Shown: positions 13,982 to 27,094, counted from the stretch's first letter. The stretch: DNA of 64,000 nt from Amphiscolops sp. MND2022 (GCA_964187785.1 OZ076409.1:89902001-89966000), one strand, 5' to 3'. Notes: a model not told the origin generated them from the letters alone. Program-made: numbers and translations.

Positions 13982-16900
13982 ATGGATTCATATTCAGGAA
14001 GTGAACCGCGTTTATTTATCTCATTCCGTTTAGGCAATGAATCAAACGGCCAACCTCCCCGGCGTGGTGCTGACGATGAAAAGATGGACAGTAACGATTC
14101 ATTTGTGACTGCAATAGCAACTACTGAGAATCGGCCTACTGTGAATGCCTCAATCCGTGGTTCCGTCATAGGAGATTCCGGGTCCACTGTGCATGAAGAA
14201 GCAGTTGGGACTTCCCAAGATAATCCACAGACTGAAGCAACGGTGGAGAATCTGTCAGATGAGAACTTGGCTCAAAACAATTCCCAACAAGACTTAGGGG
14301 GGCTTTCTAAAACCTCGTCTGAAGCCAGTACCACTCCTCTTCTTATGTCCGGCACTTTACGAGCTGAGAGTAGCAGTACCGATGAGAGTTGTGGCGAGTA
14401 TATTGCCAGGAAGTGGCGACAATTGGGCTGTTCTTCAGAGGCGGGGACCCATGGTCAATCCGACGGCAACTCTGAAAAGTTCAGTGAAAGTGCAGCAATG
14501 GAATTGGCTCCCCAGCAGGGCGAAGCAGACTTAGAAGACATGGATACAGATCCCTATCCTACAGTTGCTTTCCTGGATTCGCCAGAAGTACCGCTGAAGA
14601 GCAACCTACGGTCCAGGTACGGTCCGCCTGAAGCAAAAACCTTGAGACTCGGCATCAATGAGACACGAGGAGAGTTTAATGCCGCACGAGAGACTGGGCG
14701 TCCCTCGATTTCTGAGAGTGAGGGTGAGTTCACAGATGACCTCCAAACTTCCGATTTCGAACGCAGAGGCAAACAAGGAACTCCTGCTAGGATTTCTAGT
14801 GGCACTGGCCAAGATTCAGAAGGGGCAGTCGGGTCAACTGTTGCTCAAGCCTTGTCCGCTCCAGCGAGTACGAATGTGTTCAGAGTCTTCGATACCGCCA
14901 GCAATACCTCTATAGATTTCCCTGAAACAGCTCCCCGAGAGCCGCATTTGGGTGCAAGCAGCCGTGCACTAATAAAGGAGTTCTTTGAAACTGCCAGTCC
15001 AGTACATTTACCTGCAGGTCATCAGACTTTAGCTCTAAATGAGGGCCAAGTATGTGGCATTCTGAAAGCCGTGGCGGATGAGGCCGTCAAAGCTTCACTA
15101 AAGACCATGGACAGCTTAATCCAGCGCACTAGTAGGCTCAGTCTTGGAGCTTCTTATCCAACCCCTGATTCCGTTACCAAGGCCCGAAGACCAGGGAATA
15201 GAGCTAGTAGTGTCGGTTCACGTTCAGGCCTACTGTCAGGCCACGGAAGTGATACTAGTGGAGCGTTGAGGAGTGACGATATTTTCTCCAGCCTCGGGTA
15301 CTCCTATGAACATTCTGATTTGGAAAGTCAGCCGTTTACTTCCCCTCCAATAGGACCACCTGGATGCAGTCGAACCGACCTAGGGTCCCAAGAGGGAACT
15401 AACCAGCTGGAGAGTCCCGGCGCCCAAACCCTAGCTGGGCTGAAAGCAGAGGCCATTGCCGAAAGGACTAAACCTGCCAAATCGAAAAAAGCACGGAAAA
15501 CTCCTGCACGAAAAGTTGGGACGAGTAAACACCAAGTCCCCCGAGGGTGCAAAAAAATGAAGGAGGCCTACTTCAAGGGCATGGAGTGGACCAAAACTTT
15601 TGTGTCTGGCCCAGTAGACCCTCGCTGGAACCCTTACAAATTTTATTGTCAGATCTGTAAGGGCATTATCTCGATCTACGGGAGAGGCGCTAGAGAAATT
15701 TTGCGCCACCATCAATCCGAACGACACCTCCGGAAAGACCAACGGTGGAGGTATGAGCACCTCTCGGTTGAAGACCCAGCCACTGGTACAGTCAGACATC
15801 ATGTCCGAGGGAGAGATGGAAAGCTGCTTACACCTTATGAGCTCGAGCAAGAGTTGAAACACTTTATTGATGAACCGTTGGTGGACATTGGAGAGAAGTT
15901 GCCTTTTTATGAAGATTATATCCGTGTGACGGACTACATGGCATCTTCATCCGATAGTCGCGCTAGGATTCAGATATCAGTTCTTGGCAATTATCTCCGG
16001 AGTTTCGGTGACATCAGTACACTCAGAAATTTCTGGCGTGATGTCGGCGTCATAGTGAACCACCAGTCACTTTTTACTGACTTCGACTGGAGCAAGGAAC
16101 GTTTGTCGGTAAGTAACCTTTTCTGGCCCCATTGACCTTGAGTCTACATAGGTTGAACGGGTATCTCCTGGTGCATCCCTTAATTTTCGTATTGCTTTCA
16201 GGCTCTCTTTCATCACCTTTTCCTCCAAGTCATACGCGACATTGCTGAGCATGTGGTTGCCTCGGGAGAGTACTCCTTGGAGTTTGTGAAGCAGGGGGTG
16301 TTCCTTCTTGTCTTCATACGTTTCTGGAGAAATGGCGAACTGTGCCGAGTTTACCTCAAGAGAACTGGAAGAGTTTTAAGCCAGTCCTCAGCAGAATTGA
16401 GCCTGATTAGTCATGTCATGGCTGCACTGTCTACCAGTCCAAATCTTGTATGCTGCTCTGGAAGTACTCTCGAGACGATACAATTGGTCGATAATTCCCC
16501 GTACTCTAAATATGGACTCCAGCGCCCTCTCAGGTTTGAGGACTTCTCGATAGCCCGACTGATGCACAGGGAGAGCTATAGTGTTTTCGGGCGTATAGAC
16601 TTTCATTCAGTGTTGAAGTACCTCATCGTCTTCTTGGGTGGATGTTTGGACTGCGATTGGACGCTAATGACCCCTGTCCTCGCCAAGGTTGTATTCCTTC
16701 TTTAGAGATATATTCCTAGGAGTAAAATTTTCATGTGGCTCAATAAATCCAATGTTCCAGGCTGTGCGCACTTGTCAACTTGAACTTGCAACACTCCCCG
16801 CTCTGTGTCAAGAACTCCTTGCCAATTGGCCTAAAGTACTCGAGTACTTGAACGCGCATGCTCCTCCGCATGAAATGATGGGTGTTCGCAAGCAAGTAAG

Positions 16901-18248
16901 TTTCCGCCGTCGAAATGACCTTCAGTCTTACCTTTTCCATTTTGACGGTATTAATTGTCGTTTTAGCCCCAAAACTTGGAGCGGGCCATGATACAGGACG
17001 AGATGTTCCTTTGTCGGCTAGAATTGTTTTATCGTCTAGTCAGAGATTGTTAGTTAGACTTGATGACTAGTCAGTTCATGAAATGGTTCTATGTTTACGT
17101 TATACTTTGTTTGTTTAGATACTACCAGTTTCGTTCCACACCTGGTTGAACGGCGAGACCATGGGTTTCATATTTATCGCCAACTTTGCCAGTACTTGTT
17201 TAAACTTGGTAGACGCTGTATCAAGTCCAAGAGTTTGCCGTTAGAAACTGATTTGACTGGAATACTCAATGTGTCAGTTTCAGATGCCAAGGCTTTACCC
17301 GTGACCGATTTCATCGTTAGATCTAAACTGGAACAGCGTCTCAATACTGCCTGCAAAATAAAAGCTGAGAAGGAATTGAGCGACAAGAAAGCCAGCATAG
17401 CCAATTTGCCCAAGTTAGTAAAAGCCAGCAAAGAGGAATTTGGACGGTTGGGCCGCAGTTACGTTGCCTATTTGTTTCAAGCCGCACAGAGTAACTTGCA
17501 ATTAACTTCGGACATAGTGAAGGGTATGGGTTCCTTTGATCTAGACATAATTTTCCGTTCTCCCCTAAGTCAGGCCTTATACTGCTTCAAACAGCTCTTC
17601 CGCAGTTTTCATTCGCGAGGATATTATCGAGCTGACGACGAGTCAATCTGCACTGAGGAGTATCTGTCGTTCCTTGATGAGCTCCGTAAAGAGTTTCCAG
17701 ACCTTGATCAACCCAGGGTCATTGTCACTGACGCGGTGAGCTTCATTTCAGGCCATGTTACTCTATTGTCGCGACCCCATTTGGCACGGATATTTAGACT
17801 CAGTTGCCTCTGCTTGGACCAGGATTATACTCCCATGCCTACCGTGAAACTTGGATCTGTGCGTTCCGATGACCCCAAAAGCCAGCTAGTTGATTCAATT
17901 TTGCCCGTCCATTCTTACTTCATAAATGTTGGACGCAGCATCGAAGCTCTTACCACTCCCTCATCAATCAAGGATTTCCTCGCTTTTGAGCCTACGTTCG
18001 GTGGCACGGCTTTCATTGATACCTACTGTCACTGGGACGGCTTGGATTTGTTCAACTGGGCAGAAATTCGGACTGCTTTACAGCGTGTATCGGTGGGGAA
18101 GAAAAGAGACACTAAAAGGTTGCGATTCAAGGGACTGAGATGCGCCAAAAGTTCTAAAAGTCTTCCTTCCTCCAGTACCAAGAACTCTCCTGTCAAACGG
18201 CCATCGGATAGCGAATTGCCTTCTAGTACATCTATTAAGGACACTTAA
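13982..18248 (+). CDS. Five-exon gene antisense to gag-pol: disordered N-terminus, BED-like zinc finger, hAT-transposase-like body (~1319 aa)
   Basis: Exons 13982-16108, 16202-16687, 16761-16895, 16967-17048 and 17119-18248, joined across GT-AG introns of 93, 73, 71 and 70 bp, give one open frame. Motifs FYCQIC..LRHHQSERH, YSLEF..LVFIRFW, LLANWPKVLEYL and RPHLARIFRLSCLCL. Confidence 0.8.
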
Positions 18249-18462
18249 TTGTACTATATGTACATTTGTTTTTAGTTGTATTCATGTATTTGTTAAACTG
18301 TTCGTTTCTTGTATTATTTTCATGTCTGATTGTATATTTGTGTCACCTTGGCACTTGTGTTGTATTAACAGTCAGTCAGGGCCCAAGAAAAAAAATAATC
18401 TGAAAGCCGAAAGTGCTGAATAAAAAAGGATTGCTACGGGCCAGTAAATTTACATATTCTGA

Positions 18463-21400
18463 CTAGTATCTGTATTCGTCAGTAAAGTTGGGGGTCGGTT
18501 GGGACGTAGATTATATCTCCCTCCTCAAGGACTTTCATTTTCTACAACACAATCATCAGTTTCTTCCCACAATCATCATCGTCCCCCCCCCCGGTATTTG
18601 AAAAATCAGAGTTTCCATCCGTGGGAAAGTCCCTATTGGCCAAATCATCGTTTCCCAATTCAGTATTTTGTTGCCGTCTGCCGGACTGACGGTCTTCATT
18701 AGGTAGGGCGCGCGCGTACTGATCAGAATTATCAGATTCAGTATTTGTTTGCCGCCGCGCGGACCGAAGGTCCGCTTCAGCTACTTCACTCGAGTGTGAA
18801 TCATAATCCGCAGCGTCAGTATTTTCTTGCCGCCGCGTGGACCGAAGGTCCAAATCCGTGATTGTAGCGTCTGGTTCATCAAAGTGAGTAGGAGAATCGT
18901 TTGGAATGGTTTGCTGTTCAGTACTAGGAGGGAAATCATCGAAATTGCTTTCCCATGAATTAATGTACAGGTCGTCTTGTGGAATAATAATTTCATCATC
19001 AGCTTGTAAATTTCCTTCAGGACGAATATCTTGTAAGGTTGTATTTGGAGTATATTTTCGAAGGCGTATTCGGTGTAAAATCTGCGTTTTGTTAGAATTA
19101 AGTTTGCGCACTATATAATTCTCGTTAGGAAGGACCTTTTCGATGACATATGGTCCAATCCATCTAAATTCTCGAAATGGGATTTTAGAACCCTGATGAT
19201 TGGCTAGTGGCTGTAGAATGAAACAAAAATCTCCTTGTTCTAAAGGAGCTGCTTTAGCCTTCCTGTCGTAATAGTCTTTGTACTTTAAGTATGATTGCAT
19301 GATGTTTTTCTTTGTTTTATCTATAAGAATTTGAGTGCGGCGTTGGAGTTCTTCAGCAAAGTCAGTTGTTGGTATAATTTTCGGGTTGGGGTTCAGACCT
19401 AACCTATGGTCCAGGATGTTATAAGGCACTCTGCCATGAAAAATTCTAGATGGCTCGCAACCTAGGCTAGAGTGGTAGGTTGTATTGTAATTAAGGACAG
19501 CCAAAGGAAGGTATTTATGCCACTGACGCCTGTACTCTCCTGATGCCATTTTGAGGTTTCCTTTAAGGCTGGCATGGGTTCTCTCTAGTTTACCTATGGT
19601 CTGAGGATGCTTTTTGGTCGCGCATTGAAGTGTGATGCCCAAAATGTTTGCTACTTCTGCTACTACGCGAGACGTAAAAGCCGTTCCTTTATCTGTGATA
19701 AGTGTCGTTGGTAGATACGTGTGTCGGGTCATGATGTCAATGAGAACTTTTGCTGTACTGATGGCCGACGCATCCGTTACGGGATACGCAAAGAGGTATC
19801 TGGAGAAGACATCTAAAGCTGTTATGATGTTTTCATATCCTCCACTTGGTGGTAGGTTCGGTAAAAGGTCAATTTGTAAGGCATCTTCCGGGCCTAGATC
19901 CCATTCAGGCAAATTTAGTAATTCGGGTGTTATTGATGCATTAGCGATCCGTTTATCTTTGATGCAGATTTCGCACCCTTGGACCCATTTTTTGACGATT
20001 TTTGCAACGCCCGGATAATAGTATGTTTGACGTATCTCATGAAGCATTTTGGAAATTCCCGGATGTTTATTCGCAGTTCCATGTAAGGATTGGAGTAATT
20101 CAGTAACAAGATGTTTTGGTAGTAACACCTGACAAAATTGTACACTGCCGGTTTCATCGTAATAGTCTCTGTAGATAATATCTGCATGAACGGACAGACG
20201 GTCAAGTTGACGGCAGTAATGTCGGTAACGTGGATCTTGCTGTAAGATGGTTTCAGAGTATTCTTCTTTTTACAATTTGAGGCGTAGTTGTTGCAATGTG
20301 ATGTCATTGTTTTGTTCAATAGCCATGGTGATTGGTTTCGCTAGTGTTTGCAAAGTTGGAGTCTGGATTTGGGTACTTTTATGTAGACTGAGTTTATCTA
20401 GAGTAATATCAGGTAGTTGATTTGTAGGATTTGACCTGGCCTCCTTTTTTCGTTGCCATAATTGTTCCTCAGTTTCTTCATCATCGTTTGTATAGAATAT
20501 CTGGTCCTCTTCAGTCACTCCCGCTGATTGGACATTAGGTTCAATGGGTGTAGTGGGAATGTCCTCTCGTATGCGGAGTACAAGTTTCTCTTTGGGACAG
20601 ATTTCAAGACTAGACAGGTAATCTGCGGCGGTGTTGTTTTTCCCTGGTATATGGGCAATCGTGAAGCTGAACTGAATAACATAGTCACACGCGTTCCATA
20701 GCGTTGGTGGAATAATTTTCGTCTGGAAAAAGCGAGTAACTGATTTGTTGTCTGTTAGAATGATCACCGGTGTCGGGGTCCCCCAGAAGATGTGTCCAAA
20801 CTCCTTGAAGGCAAAGAATATCGCTAAGAATTCTTTCGCATAGATGGACATTTTCAGCTGGGCGGGACTAAAGTCTTGGATCCATATGCTACTGGTGCAA
20901 AGGCTTTGCGCGTTGAACTATATTTTTCCATTGGATCATCCTCGATGAGAACGGCATAACCTGCTGCCGAAAAACTAGCATCAGTCATCAGGGCTATCTG
21001 TTTGTTGGGCAGAGGTTGTTTGAGTGCGAGTTCACAACATCGGTCAAGAGCTTTATTGATCTCGGTGAATTGTTCTAACAGTTCGGGAGTCACCATGACT
21101 TTGGCATCGTTTTTCAACAGCTTGAAGAATGGTGTTAGCTTTTCAGAGAGCCTTGGAATGTAATTGCGGTAGTAGTTTAAAAATCCCAAATATCGCTGAA
21201 GTGCTTTTTTGGATTTCGGAAATTTCGTTTTCTCTAGGAAGTTTTGGACCCTGGGTCGTTGTGGCCGCACTCCCTCAGGAGTGATGGTGCGTCCCAGGAA
21301 GTCAATTTCTTTGGCTCCAAAGTGACATTTGTGCATCGTTAATTTAAGACCTGCGATCCTGATGCATTAAAAGGTTGCTCGCAAGTTGTTGATGAGTTGA

Positions 21401-23615
21401 GTGGCACTGTTGGCGGCAATCCCAATGTCATCGACATATTGAGCACATTGGTCCGCTTTAATCACTTTATCTAGGTATTCACGCATGAAACTTGAGAAAG
21501 CTGATAGGGCGCGGCTTAAACCTTGTGCGAGTCGGCGGTAGGCAAAAGTTCTACTGGCGAAGTTGAACGCCAACATCTCTATGGACCTTTGGTCCGCCAT
21601 CTGCAGACAGTGGTATGCCTGAGAACAGTCGAGATTGCAGAATAATCGTTTGCCTGCCATGTGTTGCGCTGCATCCGTTAGTGTACTGACAGGATGGTTA
21701 TTGTTGATATAATCGTCGGAAATCAAATTGTTGATTTTTCGGAGGTCAACCAGAAGTCGTAATTTGCCATTAGGTTTTTTCTGGGCAAAAATGGGACTCG
21801 CATATTTGGACAACGGAAGTGTCGTTATGATCCCATAGCGGTGGAGTAGCGCTAATTTAACGAGAATGTCTTCTTTGAGGTTGATAGGGGTAGGTAGGCT
21901 TTGACTGTAGCCGGAGAGTCGTCTTTAGGGGTCAATGTGACTTTGAAGTCCTCGTTCATACCTATATCAAAGCGGTGTCTTGCAAAGATGTCGTGAAACT
22001 CGACAAGTAATTCTTCAATTTGGGCAATTTCAACTGGATTTTAGCGTTGAGTCAGTCCAGTCAAAGTTGGCAAGAAACTGTTTCCGGGACTCAGGGTCAT
22101 CCTGAGGGTTGAGTTTCTCTGCATCCTGAAGGCTTTGTAATTCCCTGAGGATTCTTTGTTGTATGGGTGTATGTGTCTGAGGGTCTCCTGGTTCTTCTGG
22201 GGTCGGGAACCAATAGTTTTCACTGACTTCGCTAATTTTTGGGGATTTGATGAGGCTACTGGCATAGTATGCAGCGTTTTCCGGATTATCTTTCAAAAAG
22301 TGCCATGTGGTCACTGGGTCAATGGGTTTGACGTATTTCATTTGTTCTGGGGTGAGAACAGAGAAATTTGCAATGTGCGAACCTCTTTTGATGGTATATG
22401 GCTGGTCAGTGAAATTGTTGACATGAATCGATACCTGACCTTGGGTCAGTGTGACGAGAGCAGCGCAGAAGGTTATGTCACCATCATCTGCAAGGTCATT
22501 GCTCGGTTGAAGGATTCCGGTGACGTTTGTGTCGTCATATAGTTGTGAGGACATGGAGACCATATGTCTGTCATTGGGGGGAATAGTTATATCCTCCCGC
22601 GCACAGATAGGTTCCATGACATTGGTGTACTTATGGTCAGCTGTTTTCAATTGCATGGAAAAGAATGGAAAGTTTAAGATTCCCTGTCGCATGTCCAATA
22701 TGGTATTGTTCCGTTGCAGGAACGAGAGACCAATGAACGGACTTGTAAGTTTTTCCATAACAATGAAGATCTCATGGAAACCGATGTCCCCGACCTCAAA
22801 TTTGAGTTCAACGGTGCTCTTTGGATTCTCCAGCTGTCCATTAGCTACCATAATTTGGAAGTTGGGTGCTGGGCCCTCTTCAATTATGGACTGAGGGGCT
22901 AGTAATCGGATTTTACGTAGATCAGCTTCTGGGATCGCACTAGATAGGGCTCCCGTGTCTACAAGGCCATCTAATGTTAGTTCGCCAAAATCCATTGGAA
23001 AGTAGAGCATGCGGCGTTTATATTTGAGCCCCAAGTTGGTTGTCAACGGGACATAGTCAGGTTCACCATTTCGTGAGATCAGCGTGTTCACATATCGTTC
23101 TTCCACTGTTGCCGTCAGTGTGACCAGAGGTCCATTGTGTGGAAGTTCTTGTGTGATTTCCTCCTGGATTGGTGGGTGGTTGTTAATCTGCCCCTTTTGC
23201 CAGGGGTCGACAGAGGCCATGGATAGTTTGGTATGCAGTAGCTGATCAATATGGTGTTGATCAGGTTCGATATCTGCAGCATTTTTGGTGAAGTTTTTGT
23301 AGAAGTGTAGATGATGCTGGTTTTAGATTTGAACGTCCCAATAGGGGTCGAAACCAAAGTCTGGGTCAGGATAATAGGGATTATAGTTATCTATGAGGGG
23401 GAGAGTGCGAATAGTCATAGTGTTAGAGTGCTGTCTATGGGACTGAAGGTCCAAATTGTGTAAATTAGTGGGAGTTTGTTTCACCTGCTGCTGCCAGTCA
23501 GCTAATGAATTTTCTTTAATGGAGGAATAATATTCTGTATAATAGATAGTAGGAGGGTCAGATATGATATATTGTCTGACGCGTAGTTTTTCATTAATCT
23601 GGAGTCGTGGCAAAT
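18463..23615 (-). pseudogene. pol: pol (protease, dUTPase-like segment, RT, RNase H, integrase), disrupted
   Basis: Protease LVDTGA; RT LRLLVDLRKIN and QYVDDI; RNase H MTDAS, KEFLAI, LTDNKS and NTAADYLS; integrase H..H..CEIC, QIDLL, ITDKG and LERTH. Broken into at least 7 ORF pieces by stops and frameshifts. Confidence 0.93.
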
Positions 23616-25409
23616 CTAGTTTTTTGAATTTTTGAGAATAGAAGTAGTGGGTTTGTTATTAGAGTCATCTTGACTCATGGGAGTTTCCTCGGTTTTGGAA
23701 TTATCCAATTTGAGGTTTTTGGGCTTGAGGTGGGCTCCAGCGCCTTTCCAACACCGTTCCGCCGGGTGATTCGTTTTGTCGCAAGTTGGACATTTGGGAT
23801 ATTCTTTCTTCGTATCCTGTCCGCCATTGCGCTTTTGTTCCTCCTTTCGCTTGAGTTTTCGGCAGTCGTCTTTGACATGTCCCGGCTTTTTGCAATAGTT
23901 ACAAGTGATATTCGGGTCGATGCCGGATGAAAGGAGACCAGTTCCCGGTCGTGTTGCTGTGGGGGCAGTGGACATTGTGGGAACATGAATGTCGTCACCT
24001 TCCTCAAGTCCATTCAATTCTAATTCTCGTTCGAGGTGTGTGACAATCTCTTCATATGTAGCGTTTTCAAGTCGCGCCATGTTGACTGAACGTTTCAGTT
24101 TGGGTGGTAGTTTGGCATAAAGCAAACTGTCAATCATTGCTTGGGCATGTTCCCCAAAGGCTTTTTCAGCACCTTGGTTAAGTTCTTTGAGGAAATCAGG
24201 CAATTTCATAGTATTTGGGTCAAATACCAATTTGTGCCATTTGTGTTTGGCGGTTGCCTGAGATTCGGGTTTAACATATTTCCTACGGAAGACCGCTAGT
24301 ATGTCCTCTAGGGTTTGTCTGTTGGTTGAATTGATGTTGCGAAAGGTCTGTAGCGCGTTTTTGCGCAACAGAGAATGGAAATGGTTGATTTTCATTGTTT
24401 CCGTCATGTCCGGTTGCATCTTTATCATCGTGTGAAAAAGATCTTCGAACAGTTCGAACTTTTCAGATTTCCCGTCAAACGTCAGTGTGGTCGTACTGAC
24501 TGTACGTACCATCAGAGTTTGTGATGGTTGTTTTGTGTTCATCCCCATAATGACATCTGCAAGACGGTTGATGGGGTCAACTGGAGGTTCGCGGGGCGTC
24601 TCCTGAGTGTTAATTGGAATTGGATTCTGCTGAGCTGGGAGGGTTGTTTCCAGCGTATCGTCAGTGGTAGGGTTTGGAAGGGGAATAGTGTTTCGGGATT
24701 GCATGGGCCGTCCGGTCAGAAATTCTGGGACCATATGTGGGGTTAGGTTGGCTCCTGTCACCATGTCGTAACCGTCATCATCACTTTGTTCGAAGTCTAC
24801 TAGATTCTCCCTATGGTGATTATTCTGGTTACTGGAAGTTGCGATTAGTTTAGGAAAGTTCTCATTTGAGTCCTGGACCTGTTGGCAAAGTTTACTCTTA
24901 TGCCGTCCATGTGACTCAAGGTCCGAATTTTGGGTCATTTGGATGTTTCTATCTGGATGCCGTCCATCTGACCGAAGGTCCCATTTTGCATTTTTTGTCT
25001 CTCTTTTGTTCACAATTACATTTTCAATACTAGGAAGTATCTTTTCATCAATGGCTGAGTTTATTACTTCCAAAATATGAGAATTTAAATCAGACTTCAT
25101 CTCTTCCAATTTTCTCGACATTTGTGAAGAAATTTCTGAACTAATTGCTCTACTAGTTTCTACTGTGATTTCACTATTCTCGCTCAAGTTAGTATTCAAA
25201 AGAGACCTATAGTTGCTTTCTTCTTGGTCAATACCTTGTTGCCGTCTACTTGATTCAGGGTCAATTTCTATTTGATCTACAATATCTCTGTCTCGAATAT
25301 CACTGTTTGCATAATTCCCTAGCATCACATCTAAGTTTTCAATATCCGACATTACGTCAGATTGTCTTGAGCGTTTCTCTTTCGCTTTTTGCTTTCTGGT
25401 TGAAGGCAT
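23616..25409 (-). CDS. gag: Gag, 597 aa, with two CCHC zinc knuckles
   Basis: Knuckles CNYCKKPGHVKDDC and CPTCDKTNHPAERC, with a capsid-like core (TFDGKSEKFELFEDLF). The ORF starts inside the 5' LTR. Confidence 0.9.
   Translation of the reverse strand: MPSTRKQKAKEKRSRQSDVMSDIENLDVMLGNYANSDIRDRDIVDQIEIDPESSRRQQGIDQEESNYRSLLNTNLSENSEITVETSRAISSEISSQMSRKLEEMKSDLNSHILEVINSAIDEKILPSIENVIVNKRETKNAKWDLRSDGRHPDRNIQMTQNSDLESHGRHKSKLCQQVQDSNENFPKLIATSSNQNNHHRENLVDFEQSDDDGYDMVTGANLTPHMVPEFLTGRPMQSRNTIPLPNPTTDDTLETTLPAQQNPIPINTQETPREPPVDPINRLADVIMGMNTKQPSQTLMVRTVSTTTLTFDGKSEKFELFEDLFHTMIKMQPDMTETMKINHFHSLLRKNALQTFRNINSTNRQTLEDILAVFRRKYVKPESQATAKHKWHKLVFDPNTMKLPDFLKELNQGAEKAFGEHAQAMIDSLLYAKLPPKLKRSVNMARLENATYEEIVTHLERELELNGLEEGDDIHVPTMSTAPTATRPGTGLLSSGIDPNITCNYCKKPGHVKDDCRKLKRKEEQKRNGGQDTKKEYPKCPTCDKTNHPAERCWKGAGAHLKPKNLKLDNSKTEETPMSQDDSNNKPTTSILKNSKN
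23619..23625 (-). promoter_or_regulatory. Putative -1 ribosomal frameshift heptamer A_AAA_AAC
   Basis: TCA AAA AAC TAG at the gag end. The -1 frame continues as LDLPRLQINEK into the pol region. Confidence 0.7.
24752..24763 (-). promoter_or_regulatory. Primer-binding site
   Basis: TGGTGACAGGAG directly follows the terminal CA of the 5' LTR and is complementary to a tRNA 3' end (..CCA). Priming tRNA not determined. Confidence 0.75.
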
Positions 25410-26260
25410 ATCAAAAGGAAATCTAGTTCAATAATAGATTGTCAAATGAAGAGTTGTAACAGAATTGCTTGTATAGAGCTTGCGGTATATCAAAATGAAT
25501 GAATGATTGCAATTGACCTTCCGTATATATACTACTACCCGCATGACACTCAATATTTAGGGTGTCATGGGGTAAAAATAGTAATGACATCACTATTACA
25601 TCATAATTCTAAATATAGCAACTAACATTACATGTGACCACACGTCATAGGTTCTATAAATAGGAACAACACGTGAGTTATTAATTGGCGTATATAAGCG
25701 GTAACTTTCATGCAACAACTGGATTATTATTACATGCACTTAACAAATTGGACCTAACGTCCGCATGACGGCATTGAAACATAACTAAGTGTAGCGCCGT
25801 GATTGGTTAAAAGTGAAGTGACTACGCGTCAACTAGACGGCAGCAGCGTACTAGATGAACGCGTTTCCATTCACTTGTAAAGTTGTCTTGCCTTTTACTA
25901 TTAATATCAACGTCAATCAAATTATTAAAATATACTGCATTTACGCACCTTTTGGTACTAGTTCACACTGTTGTTATTAATGCAATGTATCAATTAATTT
26001 ACTTAAGACGGTAATACAATATAAATACTAATGCCGTCAAAATGACCTTGAGTCACATAAGTAGCACTTCTGGTGTACCTGTAAGGATTATCAATAGTGA
26101 ATCACTTAAACTAAATGGCATGGAGTTATTGTTTTTGCTAAATAGTAAGAGTATTGAGGTGTTTCTTCTCAAATAGGTAAGATCCCCGGTCCGGGGTTAG
26201 TATTGTCGTCTTCGGGTCCCACTCGGTACATTATACCGTCGCAGGCGGCCGCCTCCGACA
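24764..26260 (-). repeat. 5' LTR
   Basis: Partner of 4892-6388, followed by the PBS in element orientation. Confidence 0.95.
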
Positions 26261-26788
26261 TTTTGACACAGCAGATAGTACCAAAACGTCCAATCGAAGA
26301 GCATTTTCATTCTAAGAGCATCATATAGTTATAAAAAAGTTTTTGTACAGAGAAAATAGTTGAGAGAAAAATCAAGAAAAGCGAATTCATGCTGTTACAC
26401 AGTTTTTTAACGCAAAATTGAGTTCACTGATCATTCAATGAGGGACCCTTGTCACATTTTAGATCTCAAGCTGAAAGTCTAGACGGATGGATCTTCCAAA
26501 TATCTTCTTTTGCTCTGCAAAACAAGCTGGGAAGGGCGCAAGTCGGCGCCACGCTCAACGCACAAAAGTGTACCCGGGGAACGTGGTTTCAGTACCACGT
26601 GTTCAATGAAGTTATTTCGAAAATCCAAAAAGTCTCATAGTACTGAAAACCTGACCCTGAAGCTTTACATTGGACGCAAATTCTGTGAAATTTTGGGGGA
26701 AAATCGATAAGGTTACACGAGAAATGAAAACGTTATATCCGAACTTTGAAAAAGTTACATCCGACCTTTGAAAATGTTTTATCCGAAC

Positions 26789-26988
26789 NNNNNNNNNNNN
26801 NNNNNNNNNNNNNNNNNNNNNNNNNNNNNNNNNNNNNNNNNNNNNNNNNNNNNNNNNNNNNNNNNNNNNNNNNNNNNNNNNNNNNNNNNNNNNNNNNNNN
26901 NNNNNNNNNNNNNNNNNNNNNNNNNNNNNNNNNNNNNNNNNNNNNNNNNNNNNNNNNNNNNNNNNNNNNNNNNNNNNNNNNNNNNNNN
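26789..26988. other. Assembly gap (200 N)
   Basis: N run, preceded by about three copies of a 22-bp unit (TTA(T/C)ATCCGA.CTTTGAAAA) at 26733-26788. Confidence 0.99.
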
Positions 26989-27094
26989 TATTTTTGTCAT
27001 TTTATATTTATATCAGGGATTCTTTATCATTATCATAAATTATGATTCTTATTATTAAAATTATTTAAAAATTTATTTCTCATAAAATCATTTC

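Larger units (their letters stand above)
4892..26260 (-). mobile_element. 21.4-kb Ty3/Gypsy-type LTR retrotransposon with extra ORFs
   Basis: Two 1497-bp direct repeats bounded by TGTCG...CGACA. TSD TTTTG at 4887-4891 and 26261-26265. Domain order gag-PR-RT-RH-IN. Confidence 0.95.

Noticed and set aside
26746..27058. ORFs containing X runs
   Set aside because: Artefacts of the N gap.
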